From the NCBI GenBank assembly GCA_038065415.1, contig JBBTRA010000003.1, positions 9,314 to 73,313 of the forward strand: DNA of 64,000 bases. The letters run 5' to 3'. Positions within the stretch are counted from its first letter, which is position 1. Each line of letters starts with the position of its first letter. Under the pieces are notes generated by a model. The model saw only the letters and a list, made by a program, of their open reading frames with translations, had not been told where the DNA came from and did no database searches. This document shows, piece by piece, positions 20,693 through 30,215 of this stretch. The DNA is from Patescibacteria group bacterium (lineage in GTDB: Bacteria; Patescibacteriota; Minisyncoccia; Phycocordibacterales; PALSA-1337). The translations under genes were made by a program, and so were the position numbers.

Positions 20693-21025
20693 TTAATCTG
20701 GTATCCGTTGCGGTTGTGAGATCTTCGGCGCACTGGATCTCAAACTATCTGGTTCCCCATCCTTTATCTTCTTCAGATTCTCGATGGCCGGTTCCCAGAT
20801 CAATTCTAAGAATATATCATTCCAGAGATACAAAACGGGCTTCTTGAGATAGTTGTCCCAAACATTGATCATAACCTCTTGAGCATACGAGAAATTATCC
20901 CTCCCTGCCGGAGAATTGACGATGTCGCGGATACTGAAGCCGAAGTAGCTCAACACCAGGAGCGCAATCACGATAATGACGACCGTACGCACGAGACCTT
21001 TATTGTTACGATTGATTCTTTTCAT
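20693..21025 (-). CDS. Small membrane protein with a pilin-like N-terminus
   Basis: MKRINRNNKG|LVRTVVIIVIALLVLSYFGF; TACAAT 6 nt upstream. Confidence 0.7.
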   Translation of the reverse strand: MKRINRNNKGLVRTVVIIVIALLVLSYFGFSIRDIVNSPAGRDNFSYAQEVMINVWDNYLKKPVLYLWNDIFLELIWEPAIENLKKIKDGEPDSLRSSAPKISQPQRIPD

Positions 21026-21076
21026 AGAACAATTGTACCGCACATTCAACTGGTTGAGCCTGTGAGTTATTCACAG

Positions 21077-22366
21077 CTAGAGATATGACAGTGGGTTCAG
21101 GTAAGCCTTGAAGTCGGCAAGCGGTATAGTAGCTCCCGAGCAATTCTTGCTCATGCCAGGTGCAAGCTTGGTGATTCGTATACCTTCAGTCGCGTATACA
21201 CCATAGTGGAGGTGCGGGCCAGTCGTATAGCCCGTATTGCCACTGTAGCCGATGATCTGTCCCGTGACGACTTGCTGGCCAACAGAGACACTCTGCAGTG
21301 AGAGATGCGCATATAGGGTCGACAAGCCATTCCCGTGCTTGATCATGATCCATTTGCCATAGGAATAGCAGCTCGGAATGATATCAGTGTTGGCGACGCC
21401 GACAACAGTACCGGAGAGCGATGCCTTGATCGGTGTACCGATGGAAGCTCGAAAATCGACACCAGTATGACCCTTGCCGTTGTAGATCTGGGAATTGGCC
21501 GTAGCGAACGGTGTATTGCCGAAATACTGCGTTACGGTGATAGCATCGAGCGGCCACGACAAAACTCCAGAACCGGTGTGGGGGATACTGGCCGGATCTA
21601 TGGTCAACTTGAGTTGGGATTCGAGATCAAGCACTTCCCTCTCAAAGAGTTCTTTGAGATTCTTTTTTTGAGCGAGCATAGCTTGATATTTTGCCTCTGA
21701 CTGCTTGGTATCATCGAGAAGTTGCTTCTGCTGATTGGCGGTACCGAGCACGACGCTACGCTGATCTTTGAGCTGACTATTGAGGGACAGAAGCTCAGCC
21801 TTGGCCTTCTCAGTGGCCTTCTTGTTGACCTCAAGATTTGCCTTCGCATTCTCCAAGCTGGCGATACGGTCTACAAGGCCTTTTTGCACAGCAGCGATGC
21901 TATCGAGCGAACCCCAGGCCGCCGAGAGCGACTTCTCAGAGAGGAGGAGCTCGGGCAATGATCTACTTCCAAGTTCATTGACGCTCACATATGATCGAGC
22001 GATGATTCTACGATCATCAGATATTGTTTCTTGCTTGTCGGATATTTGAGAGCTGAGTAGTTGTATCTGAATGTTTTTCTCTACGATCTTGTTCTCTGTA
22101 ACTTTGATGTCAGCTTCAAGCTTCTTCTGTGTAAGCTGGAGAGATTTGACGGTAGCAGAAAGTGACGAGACTTGTGTACCGATCTCATCGAGCTGTTTCT
22201 GGTATCCTGCAATTTCTTTTTCGAGAGCCTTGATGTCTTCTGCACGCTGGCCGATCTTGGACTGGAGATCTGCAGCAGTCTGGGCAGACACAGAGAATGC
22301 GAGGAGTAGCGAGAATGATGCCAGAACGCATGCGGATATCCATGCTGCTACGCGGGTCTGCATCAT
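21077..22366 (-). CDS. M23 peptidoglycan endopeptidase with a long coiled coil (EnvC/CwlO-like architecture)
   Basis: Signal peptide, coiled coil, HTGVD, YAHLS, TTGPHLH. Confidence 0.92.
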   Translation of the reverse strand: MMQTRVAAWISACVLASFSLLLAFSVSAQTAADLQSKIGQRAEDIKALEKEIAGYQKQLDEIGTQVSSLSATVKSLQLTQKKLEADIKVTENKIVEKNIQIQLLSSQISDKQETISDDRRIIARSYVSVNELGSRSLPELLLSEKSLSAAWGSLDSIAAVQKGLVDRIASLENAKANLEVNKKATEKAKAELLSLNSQLKDQRSVVLGTANQQKQLLDDTKQSEAKYQAMLAQKKNLKELFEREVLDLESQLKLTIDPASIPHTGSGVLSWPLDAITVTQYFGNTPFATANSQIYNGKGHTGVDFRASIGTPIKASLSGTVVGVANTDIIPSCYSYGKWIMIKHGNGLSTLYAHLSLQSVSVGQQVVTGQIIGYSGNTGYTTGPHLHYGVYATEGIRITKLAPGMSKNCSGATIPLADFKAYLNPLSYL

Positions 22367-23751
22367 CAGCTGATTTTATTAAGAGCAGCTGTGATCCTTT
22401 TCACTGATTCGTCTTTGCCGAGCACTGCAGCAGATATGAATGGATCCGGTGATCTTTCTTGTCCCGTAAGCGCCATACGAAGCGGCCAAAGCACGTCGCC
22501 TTTGCCGTTGGTTTCTACATAGGTCCAAATGCTCGCTTTGATATTTTCAGCTGTGAATCCCCCAGCATCCACTCCAGAAATAGACTGGAGCACAGCAGAA
22601 AGATGCGTCGCAGCAACCTTGGCATCGGGATTCTTCTTCCAGAGCAACATTTCAGGCGCGTACTCTTTGAGACTGTGCACAAAAGCGAGCTCACCAGTGG
22701 CGGCAAGCATGGTTGAGATTTCGGCAAATGTAGTGATCTTATCGCGGAGAACAGGAATCAAATTCTTGAACACGTCGCTCTTGGGGACGATCCATTCAGG
22801 TAAGAATGGAACCGCGTGCTCAACAAAATCAGCTTCAGACATCGTGAGAATATACTGACGATTGAACCAGCGAAGTTTTTCTTCATCAAAAACAGCACCA
22901 GCTTTTTGTACACGATCGAGCGAAAACTGAGCAACAATTTCATCAGTCGTGAGCACTTCCCTATCATCCGATGGATGCCATCCAAGGAGGGAAAGGTAGT
23001 TGACGATAGCTTCACGGACGTATCCCCTACTCCGATATTCGCTGACTGGAACTGCACCCTTACGCTTAGAAAGCTTGGACTTATCAGCTGCCAAGAGGAG
23101 TGGAATATGAGCATACTGTGGTACAGGAGCACCTATAGCCTCGAATACGAGGATCTGCCGAGGAGTATTGGAAATATGATCTTCACCACGGATGATATGA
23201 GTGATGCCCATCTCATGATCATCGATGACAACGACCAGATGGAAAACTGGTTCATCCTCACTCTTGGCGATCACGAAATCACCGAGCTCTGTCGTATCAA
23301 ACTCAATGCGTCCGCGAATGATATCGTCGAAGACAACTTTCTTGTTGGGATTCTTGAAACGAATGACACTGGAACGGAGCTGGCCGACGTCGACCTGTTT
23401 GCCTTCTTTTGCAGCGGCTTTGGCGTACTCCTCATTCTTCGCGGACTCGTCAGAGATATATGCATGACCCGACTCAATCATCTGATGGATGTATTTCTTG
23501 TAGATCTCTGTGCGATCTGACTGACGATAAAACTCATCATATTCAAGGCCGAGCCATTTGAGGCTTTCGACAATATTCTCTTCATATTCTTTCTTGGAGC
23601 GTTCCTTGTCCGTATCCTCGATACGCAGGATAAATTTACCCTTGTTTTGACGGGCATATATCCACGAAAAAAGCGCTGTGCGGTATGAACCGGCATGGAA
23701 ATAGCCTGTTGGGGATGGGGCGAAACGGGTAATGACTTTCTTAGGTTCCAT
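22366..23751 (-). CDS. gltX: Glutamate--tRNA ligase
   Basis: TRFAPSPTG, LRIEDTD, IRGEDH, KLSKR. Confidence 0.97.
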   Translation of the reverse strand: MEPKKVITRFAPSPTGYFHAGSYRTALFSWIYARQNKGKFILRIEDTDKERSKKEYEENIVESLKWLGLEYDEFYRQSDRTEIYKKYIHQMIESGHAYISDESAKNEEYAKAAAKEGKQVDVGQLRSSVIRFKNPNKKVVFDDIIRGRIEFDTTELGDFVIAKSEDEPVFHLVVVIDDHEMGITHIIRGEDHISNTPRQILVFEAIGAPVPQYAHIPLLLAADKSKLSKRKGAVPVSEYRSRGYVREAIVNYLSLLGWHPSDDREVLTTDEIVAQFSLDRVQKAGAVFDEEKLRWFNRQYILTMSEADFVEHAVPFLPEWIVPKSDVFKNLIPVLRDKITTFAEISTMLAATGELAFVHSLKEYAPEMLLWKKNPDAKVAATHLSAVLQSISGVDAGGFTAENIKASIWTYVETNGKGDVLWPLRMALTGQERSPDPFISAAVLGKDESVKRITAALNKIS

Positions 23752-23906
23752 GAGGGATAGTATAGCAGAAAATGGGTGCACTGGAAGAATTATTGACATA
23801 GGGAAAAATCCGGCTCAGAGTCGAAAAAAGACATATTATGCACAGATAATAAAAAAACGGCACACAAGACTTTGTATACCGTTAACACCTCGCACCCGTG
23901 TATCCA

Positions 23907-24392
23907 TCAAATGATTTTGTGCTTTAACAAAAGGTTTCTGCCTTTTTGAGAAAGTATCCACTTGCGGCGCATCTGCGGCAAGGAAGTGCACCCGCCACTC
24001 TGAATCAGGAGACCCCTACTCCTCATCTTCTCAAAATCAACATCGAACCTTAACCTGTCGGGCCCTGTTTCATCCCAATCCCAGATCATGAGAAGCTGCC
24101 ACAATTCCAATCGCGAGCTGTAGTCCAAAACCTCAGCAAAAGCGTAGAGTATCTTGATCTGTTTTGAATTAAGGTCGGAACGAGTAAATCTGCGTTTATT
24201 CGCCTCATACCACTCATCCAGTGCGACGCAGTGGGCCAACCATGCCTCTTTTTGATCTTCGGTTATAATGTTCCGATTGTCTTCTGAATCTGTGCTTTCG
24301 CGGCGTCCCATGAGCATGATTCCCACAACTATTACAACCAGAAAGGGTACAACAACGCCTACGGACTTTATTAAATCCATGTCTAAATCCAT
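23907..24392 (-). CDS. Membrane-anchored hypothetical protein with a possible C-terminal winged helix
   Basis: TM VGVVVPFLVVIVVGIMLMG; C-terminal WILSQKGRNLL; GGAGG 8 nt upstream. Confidence 0.6.
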   Translation of the reverse strand: MDLDMDLIKSVGVVVPFLVVIVVGIMLMGRRESTDSEDNRNIITEDQKEAWLAHCVALDEWYEANKRRFTRSDLNSKQIKILYAFAEVLDYSSRLELWQLLMIWDWDETGPDRLRFDVDFEKMRSRGLLIQSGGCTSLPQMRRKWILSQKGRNLLLKHKII

Positions 24393-24501
24393 ATGGGTAT
24401 CCTCCAATTCTTAGTCTATTCAACTGTCAAACTGATGTTCCAAAACCACCTGACCAAAACTGTATCACGATTTTTTTAGAAAGTAAATAGATGATACTCC
24501 C

Positions 24502-25476
24502 CTATTTAATGACGCTATTCTTCACCGTCCCTTGCTCCAGAAATGCGATTACATTCTGTGCTGCAACCTTCGCCATCTCCGTACGAGCAGATTCACGAGC
24601 AGAGGCGATGTGAGGCGTGAGAATGACATTGGGGAGCTTGGCGAGACCACGGGCGAGCTTGGGCTCGAACTCGAAAACATCAAGACCGGCGCCACGAATG
24701 GTGCCATTTTGTAGAGCTTGAACCAGGGCGTTCTCATCGACGACTGGACCACGTGATGTATTGATGAGGAATGCGGTCGGCTTCATCATACCAAGCCTGA
24801 TATCATTCATGAGATGTTTGGTCGATTCGAGCAGAGGTACATGCAGGCTAACAATATCTGACTGCACGAGGACTTCTTCCACAGTCTCGACACGGCGAGC
24901 CTTGTAGTCATGCTCAAGAGTCTCATTCCGATTGAGGTCATGATAGACAATCTCCATGTCAAAGCCACGGTAACAATGATGCGCCACACGTTCCCCTATC
25001 CTCCCTGCACCAATGAGTCCGAGTACTTTTCCTTGGAGATCGGTACCGACCAGATTCATGGGAGACCAGCCTTTGTACTTTCCGGCACGCACAAAGTCGT
25101 CCCCCTCCACAATGCGGGTAGTCAGACCGAGCATGAGCGCGAGTGTATGCTCAGCGATCGTGTATGCATAGTTTCCAGGCGTATTCGCAGCCTGTATGCC
25201 CCGCTTCTTGGCCTCAGCTACATCAATATTGTCATATCCTGTGGCATAGTTTGCATAGAGCTTTACTGTGGGAGCCGCATCGAATATAGTCGCGTCAATC
25301 TTGTCAGTCAAAAGAGAGATGACTGCATCATATGGTTTTTCTTGAAGAGCTTTGACGAGTTCCTTTTGACTCGGTACGCGATCTTTCGAATAAATATCAA
25401 CGATATAATCCTTTTCCTGGAGCATCTTGATTGCAATATCAGGAATCACGCGTGTAATATAGACAGACTTGGACAT
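24502..25476 (-). CDS. D-isomer-specific 2-hydroxyacid dehydrogenase (glyoxylate reductase-like)
   Basis: GLIGAGRIG, INTSRGPVVDE, GLDVFEFEP, TPHIAS. Confidence 0.95.
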   Translation of the reverse strand: MSKSVYITRVIPDIAIKMLQEKDYIVDIYSKDRVPSQKELVKALQEKPYDAVISLLTDKIDATIFDAAPTVKLYANYATGYDNIDVAEAKKRGIQAANTPGNYAYTIAEHTLALMLGLTTRIVEGDDFVRAGKYKGWSPMNLVGTDLQGKVLGLIGAGRIGERVAHHCYRGFDMEIVYHDLNRNETLEHDYKARRVETVEEVLVQSDIVSLHVPLLESTKHLMNDIRLGMMKPTAFLINTSRGPVVDENALVQALQNGTIRGAGLDVFEFEPKLARGLAKLPNVILTPHIASARESARTEMAKVAAQNVIAFLEQGTVKNSVIK

Positions 25477-25491
25477 GTTCTCTCTAGTATA

Positions 25492-25523
25492 ACAAAAGAG
25501 TCGCCATGCGGCGACTCTTTTGT
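25492..25523 (-). terminator. Intrinsic terminator
   Basis: ACAAAAGAGTCGCC-ATGC-GGCGACTCTTTTGT. Confidence 0.8.
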
Positions 25524-25548
25524 GAAATACTATCGATCTGGTCGTGAA

Positions 25549-26058
25549 CTATCCCTTGATACCTGCTCCGACAGCAGATGAAGCACGGAAGAGTTTCATG
25601 ATAACATTGCCCCTTGAGTCCTTGATAGGAAGATCCTTGGTAGCATCGAATACCTTGTCTCCATCATCAGCGTGGAGCATAGCGTAGTAGATACCTCCCT
25701 CAACTGTAGACTTGGTGAGAGTAATCTTGCCTGGATTGATACCCTTCTCAAAGTACATTGAGCCGATCACATCACCTGGCTGACCATTCTTGTCTGCGTG
25801 CACAGCAACCCATCCGCCATTGGCGAGCTGGACTGATGAGAGATAGACGACGTTACCTGGATACTGGTCTGACATGACGATACGATTGACCTCAGTAGCC
25901 GCTCCGCCGCTTGTGTCGACTGGAGTGTTGCCGTCTGGATTCGTGGTGTCGGTTCCCTTATTACCGAACACCATGATACCAATGACGATAAGGGCGATAA
26001 TGACGATGGCTGTGATGACCCACTGCCACGCCTTGATGCCGCTCTGTTCTGGATTCAT
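25549..26058 (-). CDS. Membrane-anchored surface protein
   Basis: N-terminal TM, then DQYPG..GGWVAVH..YYAMLHADDGDKVFD..DLP, a beta-rich and possibly Ca-binding domain. Confidence 0.75.
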   Translation of the reverse strand: MNPEQSGIKAWQWVITAIVIIALIVIGIMVFGNKGTDTTNPDGNTPVDTSGGAATEVNRIVMSDQYPGNVVYLSSVQLANGGWVAVHADKNGQPGDVIGSMYFEKGINPGKITLTKSTVEGGIYYAMLHADDGDKVFDATKDLPIKDSRGNVIMKLFRASSAVGAGIKG

Positions 26059-26161
26059 ATGTTTATATGTTGATTGTTAACTTATTAAAATTCGACAGTT
26101 TTAGATTGATAGTATAGCACACTTATCCCCCAGAGATACTGTGGATGAACATTGACTAGAT

Positions 26162-27295
26162 TTATTTCTCGTGTTCTAGAGCTATATCCAAAATCGCATC
26201 TGCAATAACAGTCGCACTGTCCAACCGAGCAAATGCCTTAGCCTGCTTTTTCATAGTCTCCTTGATATTCGCAGAATTGGTGATACGGTCAATCTCCCCT
26301 ATCACGATGTGAGCACTCAGATTGTTCTGCTCTATGACAGAAGCCGCACCAGTCCGAGCATACGCAAATGCATTGGTGGTCTGATCATGACTGATCTCCG
26401 TCGGCAACGGGATGATGATCGATGGTACTCCCCAAGCTGCAATCTCGAAGATAGTAGACCCGGCTCGCGAAACTACAACATCAGCGACTCCAGCGGACAT
26501 ACGGAGCGCGAGTTCATTGAGATAGTCAAAAGGATGGTACCGGGATGCATACGGATGATCCTTGAGGAACACCGAGCTCGTCTGCTTGATTTCATCGAGA
26601 TTTGCTCGTCCCGTCTGATGGATAACCTGATATCTATTGAGAAGTTCCGGTAAACCTTGGATGATAGCGTCGTTGATCGAAGCTGCACCCTGAGATCCTC
26701 CGAGAATCAAGATAACCGGAACATTCTGCTCAAGCTGAAGGAATTCATGAGCCCCGTTGGAAAGTGGTTGAGCTATCTCGCTCCGGATGGGACATCCTGT
26801 AAGGGCTACAACCCCCTCTTTCTTGGTGAAGTACTGGGCAGCATCAGGGTATGAGATAGCAATCTTCTTGGCGAACTTGCCAGCCCACACATTGACTCTC
26901 CCCGGCTTGCTATCCGACTCGTGAATGATGACCGGTATCTTGAGAAGTTTCGCGGCAAAGAGTGCCGGGAAGCTCGCATATCCTCCTTTGCCAAATACCA
27001 CATCAGGATATATGCGAAACAAGCTACTAACGGCTGATATACAACCAAATACTGTCTTGAATACATCTGTAAGATTGAGGAGTGAGAAATAGCGGCGCAT
27101 TTTGCCCGCAGAGACGCTCACGAACTCAAGCTCGTTGTCGAACAACGCGCGGGCATTGTACTTGGTCGGCGCCATATAGTAGAACTGCGGCGCAATGATC
27201 TTGCGTTCGGCGATCCTGGCGCGTAGAGCTTGGGCGACGGCAATAATTGGATAGAAATGGCCTCCTGTGCCTCCTCCGGTAAATAGGATTTTCAT
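26162..27295 (-). CDS. murG: Undecaprenyl-PP-MurNAc-pentapeptide GlcNAc transferase
   Basis: TGGGTGGH, GKGGYAS, GGSQGA, SRAG. Confidence 0.97.
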   Translation of the reverse strand: MKILFTGGGTGGHFYPIIAVAQALRARIAERKIIAPQFYYMAPTKYNARALFDNELEFVSVSAGKMRRYFSLLNLTDVFKTVFGCISAVSSLFRIYPDVVFGKGGYASFPALFAAKLLKIPVIIHESDSKPGRVNVWAGKFAKKIAISYPDAAQYFTKKEGVVALTGCPIRSEIAQPLSNGAHEFLQLEQNVPVILILGGSQGAASINDAIIQGLPELLNRYQVIHQTGRANLDEIKQTSSVFLKDHPYASRYHPFDYLNELALRMSAGVADVVVSRAGSTIFEIAAWGVPSIIIPLPTEISHDQTTNAFAYARTGAASVIEQNNLSAHIVIGEIDRITNSANIKETMKKQAKAFARLDSATVIADAILDIALEHEK

Positions 27296-27310
27296 GTGGG
27301 GATTATATCA

Positions 27311-28408
27311 TTACCTCGAATATTTCGACACATTGGCAACCATGCCCGACGCGGCTAGAATGATGATCAAGGCCGTACCTCCATGAGACACGAACAAGAG
27401 CGGCAACCCAGAGAGCGGAATGATACCAAGCATCGCGCTGATGTTCATGAACGATTCCACGATAATGAGAACTGCAAGTCCTATTGCCAACATAGATCCA
27501 AATGGGTCGTGGGTATGAGTGCCAATACGGAAACAACTAACTGCCAATGCGACATAGAGCGCAAGTAGCACGAGACTACCGAGAAAACCGAATTCTTCTG
27601 CAGCTACCGCAAATATCGAGTCACCGATAGGCTCAGGCAAGTAGCCGAACTTCTGTACGCTTTGACCGAAACCACGGCCGGCCCATTGACCCGAACCGAT
27701 AGCAATGAGCGATTGATTGACCTGATATCCCGCGCCTAATGTGTCACTCCCATCATTGATGAAGGTCTTCACACGCTCGAGGGCATACGGACGGAAGAAT
27801 AGAACCCCTGCGATGACAAAGATCATAGCCAAACACGCGAGGCCAATATGTTTGAGCGGTAACCCGGAAATAAAGAGCATGACGATGCCAGTGAAGCCAA
27901 TGATGGCGAGTGTATCAGTGTCTGATTGTGCCAGAAGAAGCGCACTCAAGACTGCCATTAGGAGCAGGTACGGGAGCAGACCAAACTTGAAACTGGCAAT
28001 CTTGTCTTTTGCAAAATGTGCCCATGCGGCAAGATATATGATGAAGGCAATTTTGAGAAACTCGGACGGTTGAAAAGAAACAAACCCGATATCGATCCAG
28101 CGTGCAGCACCTCCATGATGGAGAGAGAGTCCTGGTATGAAAAGAAGTAGGTTGACGATCACTGCTCCAACGAGAATGAAGAAAGCATACTTACGGAGCC
28201 CGTGATAGTTGAAACGAGAAAATCCCCAGAAGGCAGCAATACCGATCATGAGACTGATACCCTGCTTGAGAGCAACAGAACTGAAACTGATATCATCCTG
28301 CGCAAGGAGCCCAAGGGAAGCGGAAAGGAATATGACAAATCCCGCAATTGTTAAGGCGGCGACTGAAATGAGAAAAAACCGGTCAATTTTTGCGGTTGCA
28401 GGTGACAT
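27311..28408 (-). CDS. ftsW: SEDS peptidoglycan polymerase FtsW
   Basis: RWI..QPSEFLK, GYQ..QSLIAIGSG, LPEP..DSIFA..EEFG, SHGG; adjacent to murG. Confidence 0.93.
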   Translation of the reverse strand: MSPATAKIDRFFLISVAALTIAGFVIFLSASLGLLAQDDISFSSVALKQGISLMIGIAAFWGFSRFNYHGLRKYAFFILVGAVIVNLLLFIPGLSLHHGGAARWIDIGFVSFQPSEFLKIAFIIYLAAWAHFAKDKIASFKFGLLPYLLLMAVLSALLLAQSDTDTLAIIGFTGIVMLFISGLPLKHIGLACLAMIFVIAGVLFFRPYALERVKTFINDGSDTLGAGYQVNQSLIAIGSGQWAGRGFGQSVQKFGYLPEPIGDSIFAVAAEEFGFLGSLVLLALYVALAVSCFRIGTHTHDPFGSMLAIGLAVLIIVESFMNISAMLGIIPLSGLPLLFVSHGGTALIIILAASGMVANVSKYSR

Positions 28409-28413
28409 TCCAG

Positions 28414-28992
28414 TTATTGGTCCTTGGTTACCGCATCTTGAGTAGATTCTAGAGCGTGTATAGGTGCTTGACCCATCTTGAACCCTTCAATATCCCGCCT
28501 GACTTGTTCGTATTCGGGGAGCTCCTCGACTTTTGGAAGGCCGAGATGCGAAAGCAACTGCAATGTAGTCTTGTACAAGAAGCTTCGTGCATCCTTGGGG
28601 TTCTCAACACGTTCGACGAGGCCACGGATGAGCAGATTCCTCACGATGAACTGCGAATTTACTCCGCGAATATAATCAATGTCAGCGCGCGATATCGGCC
28701 CCTGATAAAGAATTATCGAGAGGGTCTCCAGCCCTGCCTTACCCAGATCCCGCGTCAATTCCTCCTTGGTGAGCTGCTCGATCAACGCAGAGATCTCCTT
28801 GGCCGTGCCGAGCATGACCTCATCATCTGTTCTCACGAGCGTCAACCCTCTACCTTTCAGGGCACTTTCTAAGTCTTGTAAACCAGCATTGATTGCCTCT
28901 ACATCACTACCCAAAAGAGATGCGAGCTTTTTCACCGAAACAGGCTCTGCTTTCCAGAAGAGGACAGCCTCGAGTTGGGCGGAGAGATTCAT
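28414..28992 (-). CDS. scpB: SMC-Scp complex subunit ScpB
   Basis: LEAVLF, LETLSIILYQGPISRADIDYIRGVNS. Confidence 0.96.
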   Translation of the reverse strand: MNLSAQLEAVLFWKAEPVSVKKLASLLGSDVEAINAGLQDLESALKGRGLTLVRTDDEVMLGTAKEISALIEQLTKEELTRDLGKAGLETLSIILYQGPISRADIDYIRGVNSQFIVRNLLIRGLVERVENPKDARSFLYKTTLQLLSHLGLPKVEELPEYEQVRRDIEGFKMGQAPIHALESTQDAVTKDQ

Positions 28993-29035
28993 ATAGTCAA
29001 TTATAGGTGAAAATGCTCACGATGTCATACATGGA

Positions 29036-29758
29036 TCAATACCTCGGCACACCAACATCCTTGGTCTCCATATGTATATCATCGAAGTCTCGCTCTTGAG
29101 TCACCTGCAAAACCCCCTCTTTAACCAGCTCGAGCATGGCCAGAAAACTGACGATAACATTGACCTTCTCACCTTTGTGCTCACCAGTGAACTGCTTGAA
29201 GCTCATGCGCAAACTGCTCGTAATACGAGTTGTTAGTGTTCCGATCATATCTTCGAGACTGATGACCTTCTGGACCACATGCTTGGGCAAGCTCTCCTTT
29301 TTTGGAAGACGGTTGATCAGATCTTTGAGAGAGAAGAGGGCTTTTTCGAGAGTGAGCTCGGGCGCAGGTGCGAACACAGGCTGAACTGGACGTGAGGCTG
29401 ATTGGGGGAATATCATCTCAGTTCCAAACAACTTTTGGACATGCGCGCCAGCTTCTTTGATCCGCTTGAATATTTTGAGGCGCATCTCAAGGTCCTGAAT
29501 ATCACCCTTCTCTTCTTCAGTTAGGCTCAACTCCGGCAACAATGATTTGGACTTAATGAGAAGAAGTGTCGAGGCAATCAAGATGAAGTGAGCCGACTCC
29601 CCCATCGGCATATGCTCAAATTGGCGAACATGGGCAATGAAGTCATCGGTAACCTTGGCGAGAGAGATATCGCTAATGAAGAGCTTGCGCTTCTCGATAA
29701 GATCGAGAAGCAAATCGAGAGGCCCCTCGAAAGATTGAGTTTTGACAGTGAAAGCCAT
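29036..29758 (-). CDS. scpA: Segregation/condensation kleisin ScpA
   Basis: FEGPLDLLLDLI, LLIKSKSLLP, SFLAMLEL. Confidence 0.96.
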   Translation of the reverse strand: MAFTVKTQSFEGPLDLLLDLIEKRKLFISDISLAKVTDDFIAHVRQFEHMPMGESAHFILIASTLLLIKSKSLLPELSLTEEEKGDIQDLEMRLKIFKRIKEAGAHVQKLFGTEMIFPQSASRPVQPVFAPAPELTLEKALFSLKDLINRLPKKESLPKHVVQKVISLEDMIGTLTTRITSSLRMSFKQFTGEHKGEKVNVIVSFLAMLELVKEGVLQVTQERDFDDIHMETKDVGVPRY

Positions 29759-29785
29759 AGTCCGGGTATTATAGCGCATATCGAC

Positions 29786-30043
29786 CTACCTCTGAATGAC
29801 ACAGTCAAACTCCGCAATAGTCGTACTACCTACGAAAAAATAATCCTTGGCAAGCACGAGCTCACGAGTATCTGCACATGCACGACGATTGAGCTCCTTC
29901 TGGATCCGGTATTCCCTGCGCGCCACTGTATCCGCATAAGACATAGATGCTGCCGAAACAACGAGCGCAAAAATCAGACAGCCCGTAGAGAGTAGGATCA
30001 CTGCTGTCGTGGCGATGAAGCCACCGAGTTTTCTACTATTCAT
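29786..30043 (-). CDS. Small PilX/ComGG-like minor pilin
   Basis: MNSRKLGG|FIATTAVILL: class III-like signal lacking Glu5; last gene of the pilus operon. Confidence 0.6.
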   Translation of the reverse strand: MNSRKLGGFIATTAVILLSTGCLIFALVVSAASMSYADTVARREYRIQKELNRRACADTRELVLAKDYFFVGSTTIAEFDCVIQR

Positions 30044-30215
30044 GATTATACTCATAATTGATCGAGTCCATGAGGGAGTTGTTGCGGCTCTGAATCGCGT
30101 AGACATAACTGATAGTATTCGCCATCAAAAATGAAAGGAGCGATGCATATATCAGCGCTTCAACCAAAGTCACACCTTTTCGAGTTAGCCAATATGTTGA
30201 TCGAGTATTCTTCAT
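30036..30215 (-). CDS. 59-aa prepilin-type protein (absent from the ORF track)
   Basis: Hand translation: MKNTRSTYWLTRKG|VTLVEALIYASLLSFLMANTISYVYAIQSRNNSLMDSINYEYNHE*; overlaps both neighbours. Confidence 0.8.
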   Translation of the reverse strand: MKNTRSTYWLTRKGVTLVEALIYASLLSFLMANTISYVYAIQSRNNSLMDSINYEYNHE

